DNA of 64,000 bases from Promethearchaeota archaeon (GTDB lineage: Archaea; Asgardarchaeota; Lokiarchaeia; Sigyniarchaeales; SOKP01): NCBI GenBank assembly GCA_019058445.1, contig JAHPZA010000003.1, positions 452,919-516,918 of the forward strand, written 5' to 3'. The translations under genes were made by a program, and so were the position numbers. The notes beneath the pieces are model-generated. The model was not told where the DNA came from, did no database searches, and saw only the letters and a program-made list of their open reading frames with translations. Shown piece by piece: positions 19,953 through 29,163 of the stretch (positions are counted from its first letter, which is position 1; the number at the start of each line of letters is the position of its first letter).

Positions 19953-21002
19953 ATGGTTATAGAAACAAAAATTACCAAAATGTTGGGGATTAAACATCCC
20001 ATAGTTGCCGCACCAATGGGACCATTTTACACTACCGATTTAGCGATTGCTGTTTCTGAAGCTGGTGGTTGTGGAGTCATAAGTCATACGGCTTTAGTTA
20101 GCGAAATCTTAGCCGGGAGAAGTGCTGTGGAGATTATGAAAGAAGATATGATCAAAGTTGTTGAACATACCGATAAACCTTTTGGATTCAACATTAGAAC
20201 TTCGCGTAACGAACGCGAGGCTCCAGCCCTTTGTAAACGAATTCCTGAATTCATAATGAAAAACCCAAAATTAAAAGAACAATGCGTATATGCTATAACT
20301 AGCGCGGGCTCTTCGAAATCAATATATACCAGTAAATTTAAGAAATTAAGGGAAAGTGGGTCTCAAATTAAACATTTTCACGTCGCACCAGCTCGTTGGT
20401 TAGCAGATAAATGTGTCGCAACGGGAGTGGATGGAATGGTTATAACGGGAGGTGAAGGGGGTGGTCATCAATCTTATGAAAAAGTTAGTACTTTAGTATT
20501 ACTGCAACAAATTACACAAAAATATCCTGACTTCCCTATTATTGCTTGCGGAGGATTTGCCACAGGTCAGGCACTTGCAGCTGCGTTAACAATGGGAGCT
20601 GGAGCAATTGCTATGGGTTCTCGGTTTATTGCGTCAAAAGAAAGTGAATTTCACGAAACATACAAAAATGTGGTTCCACCTGCTCATGCCCAAGATACTG
20701 TATTAGTCACTGGAGCCTTAGGTCCGATAAGACTCTGGAAAAATGAATATTCCTTGCATCACGATCTGGTCCAAAGCAAGGAAGAAAAAATGGCCGAAGA
20801 ACAAGGAGTATCTATTGAAGAACTGATAGAGGACGGAAAAAAATATGAGTTGGCATATCATGGTAATATCAAGGACGGAGCTGTACTTTTAGGACAGAGC
20901 ATTGGAATTATGCATAGTATTGAAAGTGTCTCTAATATAATTAATTCAATCGTATCAGATGCTGAAAAACGTTTGAAAAACGGCGCTACGTTAGTTAAAT
21001 AA
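19953..21002 (+). CDS. Nitronate monooxygenase / FabK-like FMN-dependent oxidoreductase
   Basis: LGIKHPIVAAPM, AVSEAGG, GGEGGGH, ACGG and MGSRF motifs, GQSIG. Confidence 0.9.
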   Translation: MVIETKITKMLGIKHPIVAAPMGPFYTTDLAIAVSEAGGCGVISHTALVSEILAGRSAVEIMKEDMIKVVEHTDKPFGFNIRTSRNEREAPALCKRIPEFIMKNPKLKEQCVYAITSAGSSKSIYTSKFKKLRESGSQIKHFHVAPARWLADKCVATGVDGMVITGGEGGGHQSYEKVSTLVLLQQITQKYPDFPIIACGGFATGQALAAALTMGAGAIAMGSRFIASKESEFHETYKNVVPPAHAQDTVLVTGALGPIRLWKNEYSLHHDLVQSKEEKMAEEQGVSIEELIEDGKKYELAYHGNIKDGAVLLGQSIGIMHSIESVSNIINSIVSDAEKRLKNGATLVK

Positions 21003-21071
21003 TCCCTGAAATTTGATATAATAATCTAATTTAATTTTTTTTTTAATTTAGAGCTTGTTACTATAAGAGAT

Positions 21072-22442
21072 TTAAAATTGGGGAAGCCATTTCGCTTCAA
21101 CTTCGAATAATTCATCCACCATATCTCGAACTTCTTTCGGAGAGCATACACTCGCGGTATTAGGATCGAGTAGTACGGCATGATAAATCTTTTCTCGGTC
21201 TAAGATAAGAGCACCTTCGACAGCAGCTTTTTGGACCATAATGTTGGATGTACAAAGAGCTTGACAAATAGTTGGAAGCTCAATCCCTCCTTGAGGATGC
21301 AATCCCTGATTATCAGCAGTGACCGGGACTTCTACGCAACATTCTTTTGGTAGGTTTGTTATTAATCCTCCCTGTTTGTTTATTACGTTCCCATTAAACA
21401 TGAATGGTTTATTGGTTTCAATAGCGTTCATTATATATGAAGCGTATTCTCCTGAATGTCTTTTTTTAAACTTCAATTTCTTTCGTTTCAATTTTCGTGC
21501 AATTGTTTTGTCAACACTTTCAGAATTTCTTTTACTCATAACATAATTAAAATTATGTTCCAGATTAGCAAACAGCATGGTACCCTTATATTTTTCTAAT
21601 AAATCATCTCGTTTCCTATAGTAGGGAAGATATTCACTTAGATGTCCGGATGATTCAGTCATAAAATAACCAGTAGCCCTCATCATATCTACCCTTAGTC
21701 TTTCTAATTCTTCGAAGCTTGGATCTTCTTCCAGTTTTTTATGCAAAAGGGGATATGCATTTTTCCAAGGTGATAATTTATTTTCCCTATATAATAGTTT
21801 AAGAAACCAGGCCATATGGTTAATGCCGGCGCACAAATATGAGAAATTTTCCGACTTAAGCTTTAAAGCACTCCTAAGCCCAAAAGCTGTACCAAATACA
21901 CCGTGGCAGAGGCCGACTGTGGAATCGGGCAAAATTTTATTGCAATACCAAGTGACCATTGCCATTGGATTTGTATAATTTAAAAGCAATGGTTTGTCAA
22001 TTTCACTTCCACAGTTATATCCTACTTCTTTAATATCTTTTAAAATGGATTTCAGAACTTGGCTAGCTCTCAAAAATCGAAATACCCCACCTGGTCCTAA
22101 GGTATCCCCCACACACTGAGTTACATTGTATTTGTAAGGAATATCCATATCTAATTTATAAGCTTCATACCCTCCAACATGGATGGCATTGATAATATAC
22201 TTCGCATCTTCAATAGCTTTACGCTGATTTGTCGTTTTCTCAAAGCTAACTCCTTCAAATCTTTCCGGAAAATTCTCTTTTAACTTTAACATATCTTTAT
22301 ACATTAAATCTAAATAGTGTTCATCAATATCTTCAAGATATATGACTGTATTTTCAATGAGAGAAGGAAACATGAGTATATCCGTCAATACGGTCTCTCC
22401 AAAGACAAATGAACCCGCACCTATAAATGCTATTTTTATCAT
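21072..22442 (-). CDS. melA: GH4 NAD+/Mn2+-dependent alpha-galactosidase
   Basis: KIAFIGAGS, GDTLGPGG, NYTNP, GLCHG, GINHMAW and ESSGHLSEY motifs. Confidence 0.88.
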   Translation of the reverse strand: MIKIAFIGAGSFVFGETVLTDILMFPSLIENTVIYLEDIDEHYLDLMYKDMLKLKENFPERFEGVSFEKTTNQRKAIEDAKYIINAIHVGGYEAYKLDMDIPYKYNVTQCVGDTLGPGGVFRFLRASQVLKSILKDIKEVGYNCGSEIDKPLLLNYTNPMAMVTWYCNKILPDSTVGLCHGVFGTAFGLRSALKLKSENFSYLCAGINHMAWFLKLLYRENKLSPWKNAYPLLHKKLEEDPSFEELERLRVDMMRATGYFMTESSGHLSEYLPYYRKRDDLLEKYKGTMLFANLEHNFNYVMSKRNSESVDKTIARKLKRKKLKFKKRHSGEYASYIMNAIETNKPFMFNGNVINKQGGLITNLPKECCVEVPVTADNQGLHPQGGIELPTICQALCTSNIMVQKAAVEGALILDREKIYHAVLLDPNTASVCSPKEVRDMVDELFEVEAKWLPQF

Positions 22443-22581
22443 TATAATTCAACTGAATTCATTCATAATTAAATTTTTTATCAATAAGTATATAGAAAAA
22501 TACATTTTACGTTAGTATTAGTTTTAGATAACTTTCTTAAGTATATAGTATTTTTATTGTAAGAAAATGGATATATTCTAA

Positions 22582-23847
22582 GTGGAAAAAATGAGTGAAA
22601 AAGTATATATTGTTAGTGTTGGGATGATAAAATTTGGAAAATATCTTGATAAAAGTATTAAAGATTTAACTGGTGAAGCGCTCCAATCGGTCAAAAATGA
22701 TTTCGGACGGGAGTTCAGTGAAATTGAAGCTGCGTGGTTTTCTAATACGGGCTGGGGAATGAGCGAAGATTTTCAGCATTGTATTAGAGGTCAAGTAGCA
22801 CTATCTGCACATGGTATAGAAAAAATCCCGATTAACAATGTAGAAAATGCCTGCGCCAGTGGGAGTAATGCCGTGCACGGCGCATGGACCGCAATTAAAG
22901 CAGGGCTTTATGATTGTACCCTTGCTATAGGTGCTGAAAAAGTATATCATGAAGATCGTAAAAAAATGATGGAAGGATTTATAGCTGGTACAGATGTTGT
23001 GAAGACAAGGAAATTAATTGAACAACTTAAAAAAATGGAAAGAAAGCGAAAGGAAAAATTAGCCAAAAAGCAAGGAACCGAGGCTATTAAAGAAAAAAAG
23101 GGCGGTCACTCTGCATTTATGGATCTTTATGCATTAGGAGCCCGGAACCATATGAAACGGTATGGATTGACGCAGAGACAATTAGCAGTCGTTTCTGCGA
23201 AAAATCACACAAATTCATCAATGAATCCATTAGCACAATATACCTTTCCTCTAACTGTAGAACAAGTCTTAGAGGATTATGAAGTAGCTTATCCCCTAAC
23301 AAGATCTATGTGTGCGCCCGTTGGAGATGGAGCAGCAGCAGCAATTATTTGTTCAGAAGACTGGTTAAAACATCATCCAGAACTTAAGGACAGAGCGATC
23401 CTAATAAGAGCATCTGTTTTAAGATCAGGTTCATGGACCTCAGACGACATTGCAAAAAGAGCTTCGATGGCTGCTTATAAAATGTCTGGTCTTGGCCCGA
23501 AAGATATTTCAGTAGCAGAGGTTCACGATGCCACAGCTTTTGGAGAAATACATCAAATCGAACAAATGGGGTTCTGTCCTATAGGACAGGGAGGGCCATT
23601 TACAGAGAGTGGCGCCACGGCTCTTGATGGTGAGATCCCTGTTAATACTAGTGGAGGACTACTTTCACGTGGACATCCCATTGGAGCTTCAGGATTAGCA
23701 CAAATATATGAATTAGTCACACAATTACGCGGGGAAGCAGGGGATAGGCAAGTCAAGAATCCCAAATTAGCCTTGGCAGAAAATGGTGGGGGTAATATCG
23801 GTCCTGGAGAAGCCGCCATGTGTGTCCATATTTTTGAAAAAATATAA
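22582..23847 (+). CDS. Thiolase, SCP2-type (acetyl-CoA acyltransferase)
   Basis: NVENACASG, EVHDA, NTSGGLLSRGHPIGASG and ENGGG motifs. The start may be the ATG at 22591. Confidence 0.92.
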   Translation: MEKMSEKVYIVSVGMIKFGKYLDKSIKDLTGEALQSVKNDFGREFSEIEAAWFSNTGWGMSEDFQHCIRGQVALSAHGIEKIPINNVENACASGSNAVHGAWTAIKAGLYDCTLAIGAEKVYHEDRKKMMEGFIAGTDVVKTRKLIEQLKKMERKRKEKLAKKQGTEAIKEKKGGHSAFMDLYALGARNHMKRYGLTQRQLAVVSAKNHTNSSMNPLAQYTFPLTVEQVLEDYEVAYPLTRSMCAPVGDGAAAAIICSEDWLKHHPELKDRAILIRASVLRSGSWTSDDIAKRASMAAYKMSGLGPKDISVAEVHDATAFGEIHQIEQMGFCPIGQGGPFTESGATALDGEIPVNTSGGLLSRGHPIGASGLAQIYELVTQLRGEAGDRQVKNPKLALAENGGGNIGPGEAAMCVHIFEKI

Positions 23848-23882
23848 TTATCTTTTTATCCTTATTCTTTTGAAGGAATATC

Positions 23883-24476
23883 TCAGATTGCCATTCTCGC
23901 TTTACCTTGTAAATCAAACTCTGCAATAGTGCCACTTCTATTAACAAATTCCCAATTTTTCCCGAAGTCGTTGTATTTCCAGAAGTGTGTATTACATATT
24001 TTAATATCCTTGAAAAAAACTTCGAAAAGGGAGTTTTGCAAACGCTGAGGATTCTTACCATCGCCTCCGGTTGTCAAAGTTAATTTCATTTCACCATAAG
24101 GCATTGAGATATGGTATGTTTTATCCTCTTGAGTTAATTTAATATCCACATATCGAGTTCCTAATATTTTTCTAAGTATCAGTCCTCCAGGTATATTATT
24201 GAAGAAAAACGGCTCTAAATATTTTCGTTGTTCTTCTGTAGTAGTATCATTGATATAAAGCCCTCCCTCGCCACCTTTTGCTAACAACTCAGCAGCTTTA
24301 TTTGAATATATATCAACCACGTTGATTGCCAACACACCGCCGATGTCAACATCACCAATCTTACCTTCTTCAATTTTAAATAATTGAAACGATTTACAGG
24401 GTTCATCTCTATCTCTACCGAAATAAAAGGAGCAATGCCCTTCTGAGGCGCATGCTTCATACCATGTACCTTTCAT
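23883..24476 (-). CDS. DUF1326-family protein
   Basis: (W)xxKGTWYEAC...C...C, IEEGKIGDVDIGG, YIN...EEQR and WEFVNRSG pattern. The true start is probably upstream (see findings). Confidence 0.75.
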   Translation of the reverse strand: MKGTWYEACASEGHCSFYFGRDRDEPCKSFQLFKIEEGKIGDVDIGGVLAINVVDIYSNKAAELLAKGGEGGLYINDTTTEEQRKYLEPFFFNNIPGGLILRKILGTRYVDIKLTQEDKTYHISMPYGEMKLTLTTGGDGKNPQRLQNSLFEVFFKDIKICNTHFWKYNDFGKNWEFVNRSGTIAEFDLQGKARMAI

Positions 24477-24616
24477 ATTCCAATTTAATCTTACTTTACT
24501 TTTTGAAATTGATTTTCACCTCAATTTTATTACTAAGTTCTAATTATTTTAGATACTATTTAACAATTTTAGAATTAGTTTGAATCTCTAAAAATTTGGG
24601 CTAAAATGTAGCTTTC

Positions 24617-25222
24617 TTATTTTTTTTTTAAAGATTTTTTTTTCGTTAAAAGATTTAATTCTGCAATTAACCAACACAGTTCTTCGTAAGTTGATGAGGA
24701 TCTATGAATCTCTTGAGCCTTTTTTTCAATTTCTTTTTTAGTTGCTTTTGCTTTAGGTTTTAATAGATTTAATTGTATCTCAGCAAGTTGTTCACATAAC
24801 TCTTCATATGTTTTTTTTTCTTTCGAGACTTCGTGACTTGCAATAGTAATTTCTCCTTCTAAATCTGGATCAATTCCCGCCTCTATTAATTCCATGGTAT
24901 CTTCATATTGGATTTCTAATTCTGGTCTTCTTTCAATTATAGTTTCTTTTTTTAACCCTGTTTTCAAAAGATCCATAATTGCGAGGAAAGAACCATATTC
25001 TTTATTTTGAGTTATTATTTGAATATTAGATGGGGGATTTCTCTTGTCATTAATGCTATTAACTTTTTTAATGCAAAAATCTTTTCTTTTCTCTGGAATT
25101 TTTTGCCCAATCCATAGATAAAGGGTTTTAAAGTCATCTATTAGATAAACCTGATTTTCATTAAACTCAACTTTATTAATTTTTGTTAATCCGCCCCTAA
25201 CACCCATGCTATATAGTTTCAC
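24617..25222 (-). CDS. Asgard gelsolin-domain protein with C-terminal helical domain (1DGelX-like)
   Basis: Gelsolin-repeat core (VYLIDDFKTLYLWIG...QNKEYGSF) followed by duplicated TYEELC(E/W)xxAE motifs. Confidence 0.8.
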   Translation of the reverse strand: MKLYSMGVRGGLTKINKVEFNENQVYLIDDFKTLYLWIGQKIPEKRKDFCIKKVNSINDKRNPPSNIQIITQNKEYGSFLAIMDLLKTGLKKETIIERRPELEIQYEDTMELIEAGIDPDLEGEITIASHEVSKEKKTYEELCEQLAEIQLNLLKPKAKATKKEIEKKAQEIHRSSSTYEELCWLIAELNLLTKKKSLKKK

Positions 25223-25348
25223 TGCATTTCTCTAGATATGTAATTATAATATAGTAAAACTAAGTAACTCCATATTAATAATTTTAACTCATTCTATGAG
25301 TTTAATATTAGTAAGAAGAAAACCAAAGGTAAAGAAGTTAAGTTTTCT

Positions 25349-25657
25349 TTAAAACCTATATTTCCCATTCATAATAATCTTGTAAATTTCTTCCGTTAAA
25401 AAAATATATTCCGAGCTGTGCAGTAATAATACATAGATAGGATCGTTAGTTTTAGAAATATCAAAGCCGATTCTTTTCATCTCAGATTTTTTAATTTTAA
25501 AAGTGGAAGTCGTTTTTAATTCACGTAATACTCGAATAAATTTTGGAATTGCATATTGAGGTAGATTTTTCTGTAATAAATTTAAGAGCTCGTTAAATTG
25601 AAGGTTTTTACTATTCTCTGTAGTTTTAATAGAAGCCATTCCTGCACGCCCTTCTGA
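25349..25657 (-). pseudogene. 3' remnant of a FATP-type acyl-CoA synthetase
   Basis: SEGRAGMAS...LPQYAIPKFIR...TTSTFKIKK...DPIY aligns with the last ~105 aa of the 10444-12240 protein; in-frame stop at 25667-25669 upstream. Confidence 0.88.
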
Positions 25658-26501
25658 GATTACGTTTTAGTGTTTTTGGGCTAAAAATTACTACAATTAA
25701 TGTAGAAAAAATACCAAGTATCAATGTATAATAAAAGTCAGCAGTAGTATTCTGACCGAGAGGGAATATAATTATGATTGCTAAATTGCTCATGGCATGA
25801 AAGATTGTCGCTGCTAAGAGATTTCCTTCAGTATTATTATAGATCCACGTGTATAAAATAGAAAGAAAAACGACGACAATTAAGAACCACAAAAAGGAGC
25901 CTTCTTGATGGGAGCTTCCAGCAACAAACCAAAAAGGTAGGTGCCAAAACGCCCATATTACTCCAAGCGCGATGCTAGAATATAGTGCGTTGTATTTAGC
26001 CTGTAAGCGATCAATAGCATAACCTCTCCAGCCGAATTCTTCAGCTAACCCTCCGGCAAATGTAAATAGCATGAAAAACCATAAAAGAAGTATCCACGGT
26101 TGAGATAACCAGATTAATTCAGGAATCAGTCCTTCAGTAAAAATTGCAGTTAAAAAAGCAATTCCGGATATAATAGGAAATAAGAGAAAGATCACGAGTA
26201 CCCATTTCTTTTTTATATGAAAATTCCAGAATCTTTTCCATAACTGTTTGATGCCTTCTTTTCCCTCATTTATAAAGGTTAAAGAAACAGCTCCAACTAA
26301 AGGTCCAAAATTGCCTATAATCTCTAATATTACGATGTGAAGTTCAATATTGCCAGTTGATGTACGACCACCCCCAGTTGGTGAGAGGATAGATGGTAAG
26401 TAAAATAACCAAGTCCAACCGAAAGCGATTAAAATGAATAGTATGAGGTTTCTAACTTCAAATTCTTTTATAGATTGTTCTGACTTTTTAATGTTATTCA
26501 T
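25626..26501 (-). CDS. CPBP/CAAX (Abi) intramembrane glutamic protease
   Basis: EEFGWRG, WAFWHLP and HAMSN motifs; multiple TM segments. Confidence 0.92.
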   Translation of the reverse strand: MNNIKKSEQSIKEFEVRNLILFILIAFGWTWLFYLPSILSPTGGGRTSTGNIELHIVILEIIGNFGPLVGAVSLTFINEGKEGIKQLWKRFWNFHIKKKWVLVIFLLFPIISGIAFLTAIFTEGLIPELIWLSQPWILLLWFFMLFTFAGGLAEEFGWRGYAIDRLQAKYNALYSSIALGVIWAFWHLPFWFVAGSSHQEGSFLWFLIVVVFLSILYTWIYNNTEGNLLAATIFHAMSNLAIIIIFPLGQNTTADFYYTLILGIFSTLIVVIFSPKTLKRNLRRACRNGFY

Positions 26502-26614
26502 TTTAAGAATAGAGGTTTTATCTTAATTAATCCTAAATTTCTTAAAAATCTTAATATGCTAAATATTTTCTCACGATCTCTAATTACAAAGAAAAAGAAT
26601 TAAAAAAAAAACAA

Positions 26615-28117
26615 TTAAATTTCTAACAATCCATCCCATGCGGTCCTTTCTTTATCAAATGCAGCATTTACGGCTTTACACTCATCTCCAAAAAACATCG
26701 TAGTTCTCTTTTCTGTATCGTAAGAAGACCAATCAGGAAGACCCTCATGATTAGGATTTCCGGTACGAGCAAAAGCGATCCATGCATCCATCATTTTTTC
26801 GCTAAGAGCTTTATTAGTATTTTTGCCAACAAAATTATCCATATGGGGCAGATCAAGATTTCCAAAAACAAATGGTAATTCAAGAGCGTGGCATGCGCCT
26901 AATATTCCATCTAGAACCGGCGTTTGCCAAGTAAACATATAGTTATAAGTGTTTGGTTGATGAGGGCTCTGAGCCTCAAGCAATCGGATCGTGGAAATTC
27001 GAAATATTGCATCTGTAATAAGAGCTGACATTATTTCTTTAGGATCTGTAGAATATTTTCCTTCCCTTGCTTCTTTATATGTGTTGAGTATTAATTTACT
27101 CCTGTCATTATCTATGCCTAGGGTACCCAAGTATCCGATTAATAATTTTTCCATATCAGAATCGCTTACATTGAACGCATTTGGATCAAGGGCACTAAAT
27201 AATTTGAACTCATCTAGATTAGTTCCTATCATAAAATCAAGGTGTTTACAATCACCATTTCTGAATGCTTTTAGGGGATGGATGGGTATTGTGTCTCCAT
27301 CAATCAGAGGCCTTAACGCGAGAATATCTATAGCATTTTTCTCAAAATATTTGTTTTGTCCCTCAATAATTTTTTCAGCTGGAATTTTACGCAATCCATC
27401 GATATCACCTCTTTTTAAACCGAATTCACGCATCAGTTTCTTGGTTGTTATATCGTTTATTCTTGGATCAATAAAGGGAGCGCTTTGGGCTATAACTTTG
27501 TGAAAAAGTCCTTTAGCAGCAGGCATTGCGGATAGAGTAATGACCGCATAACCACCAGCAGACTCACCAAAAATGGTCACATTATTTGGATCCCCCCCAA
27601 AAAATTCAATATTATCTTGTACCCATTTTAGTGCTAATATTTGATCAAACTGACCAACATTGATAGTTTTTCCTGGTACATATAAATATCCAAACATCCC
27701 AAGTCGATAATTTATAGTAACGACCACAACATCGCCTCTCTTTGCTAATGCTGAACCATCATATATGGGATCTATTCCTCCTCCAATTGTGAACGCACCT
27801 CCATGAATCCAGAACATTACTGGGCGCTTTTTTTTATCAGCCGAGGGAGTCCATATATTTAGATTTAAGCAGTCCTCACTTTCAGGTTGAAGCTTGCCAA
27901 ACCATTCTTCTAATTGTGAATATGCTTGAAACGCACAATGACCATATCTTGTCGCGTCGAGCACATCAGTCCATACCTTTTTTGCTACGGGAGGACGAAA
28001 ACGTAAATCTCCTAAAGAAGATTCTGCATATGGAATTCCTTTAAATATTTCCAAACCGTCTTCGGTATAACCTTGGATTTTACCTGCCTTAGTTTCAATA
28101 ATACCTGTTTTATTCAT
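26615..28117 (-). CDS. Type-B carboxylesterase (para-nitrobenzyl esterase-like)
   Basis: SEDCLNLNIW, HGGAF, GESAG (catalytic Ser), GTNLDE and ACHALEL motifs. Confidence 0.95.
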   Translation of the reverse strand: MNKTGIIETKAGKIQGYTEDGLEIFKGIPYAESSLGDLRFRPPVAKKVWTDVLDATRYGHCAFQAYSQLEEWFGKLQPESEDCLNLNIWTPSADKKKRPVMFWIHGGAFTIGGGIDPIYDGSALAKRGDVVVVTINYRLGMFGYLYVPGKTINVGQFDQILALKWVQDNIEFFGGDPNNVTIFGESAGGYAVITLSAMPAAKGLFHKVIAQSAPFIDPRINDITTKKLMREFGLKRGDIDGLRKIPAEKIIEGQNKYFEKNAIDILALRPLIDGDTIPIHPLKAFRNGDCKHLDFMIGTNLDEFKLFSALDPNAFNVSDSDMEKLLIGYLGTLGIDNDRSKLILNTYKEAREGKYSTDPKEIMSALITDAIFRISTIRLLEAQSPHQPNTYNYMFTWQTPVLDGILGACHALELPFVFGNLDLPHMDNFVGKNTNKALSEKMMDAWIAFARTGNPNHEGLPDWSSYDTEKRTTMFFGDECKAVNAAFDKERTAWDGLLEI

Positions 28118-28229
28118 AATAGAGATTGAAATTTTTTATAATTTTTAAGACTTGCTTAGTATAATCTCAATAGGGAAAAGCTATGATCTAAGATCCTAAA
28201 ATTTGATTTTAAGATATAAATATAAATAG

Positions 28230-28295
28230 AAAACCAATCCCTATAACGCGATAATGAGTTAAAAGCGCTGCCTTGGGCATGCCTGTGGTACTAGA
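28230..28295 (-). pseudogene. Internal remnant (AMP-binding motif) of an acyl-CoA synthetase
   Basis: Minus-strand translation SSTTGMPKAALLTHYRVIGIG matches TSGTTGLPKAVIMQNFR of the FATP gene; a GC-rich patch in an AT-rich spacer. Confidence 0.72.
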
Positions 28296-28333
28296 GATAT
28301 TATTATATTATAAAATTGCCCAATTTTCGTAAT

Positions 28334-28519
28334 TTAATATAAGACTTTCGAAGAAGATTTCAATTTTTTTAATTTGTTCTGGTAATCCGGGCAGAGCTTA
28401 TAATCTGGAAAATGACATAAGCTGTCCATTTTAGGAAGATTACATGATTGTAAGAAGGGACAAAACAAAAGTATATTCTCGAGTTTAAAATTCAATTCAC
28501 TGGTCATATTTTTTATCAT
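28334..28519 (-). CDS. Small 4-Cys putative Zn-binding protein
   Basis: CPFLQSC-x8-C-x7-CPDY in a ~57-61 aa ORF that has its own AT-rich upstream region. Confidence 0.6.
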   Translation of the reverse strand: MIKNMTSELNFKLENILLFCPFLQSCNLPKMDSLCHFPDYKLCPDYQNKLKKLKSSSKVLY

Positions 28520-28710
28520 CTTTTGAATCTTTATATTTCAAAAATTGTATCGGTTGTGTCTATATAGAGCATCGTACCTTAATAAAAAAAGATGACTACT
28601 GAAAATTATTAATTTTTTGATAAATATGCTTGCATCCTAAAATCAAATTATTGATTTTGCTAATAAAACATTTAGAGAAATTAGAATTTGTAGAGTTTTA
28701 AAGTAAAACC

Positions 28711-29013
28711 CTATTGGAGGCCAATTAAGGGTAATGCCTCTCGTGTAGTTAATAAATGTTCTATTTTAAATCGTGATCCCTCAATATAAAAATATCCTGT
28801 AAATCTATTTGCGATAGCAATCAGCCCTTCGTGCGCCTTTTCATCTTTAACTTCATAAAGCACATAATTCTTAACTTCACTATCAAGAACCACAAACACT
28901 TTCTCTTGGGTTACAAAATCTGGCATTTTAGGAGCTTTACCTGATAAAAAGGCTTGCCCTACTTCTTTTGCCTTGTCGGGAGGATATGTAAATGACACGA
29001 GGAAATAAGTCAA
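28711..29013 (-). CDS. Hypothetical protein (small alpha/beta)
   Basis: TTG start with GAGGTGA RBS; protein-like composition. Confidence 0.75.
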   Translation of the reverse strand: MTYFLVSFTYPPDKAKEVGQAFLSGKAPKMPDFVTQEKVFVVLDSEVKNYVLYEVKDEKAHEGLIAIANRFTGYFYIEGSRFKIEHLLTTREALPLIGLQ

Positions 29014-29163
29014 CTTTCTTTTTCACCTCTTTTAATTTATTTGAATTGATATTTTGTTTTTTAAATGTATTTTTCTAAATATGATTATTTATTCAATCTA
29101 CTCTTTTAAAATTGTTGAGAATTATAGAGTTATAAAATTCTATAAAATTGGGTATATTTTATG

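Noticed and set aside
26991-27503. 170-aa + strand ORF and the many other antisense or nested ORFs in the track
   Set aside because: They lie wholly opposite or inside well-supported genes and have shadow-type composition.
28233-28291. GC-rich intergenic patch that looked like a small ncRNA (TGCC-ttg-GGCA hairpin, ACCA/TGGT ends)
   Set aside because: The minus strand translates to the acyl-CoA synthetase AMP-binding motif, so a coding remnant explains it better.
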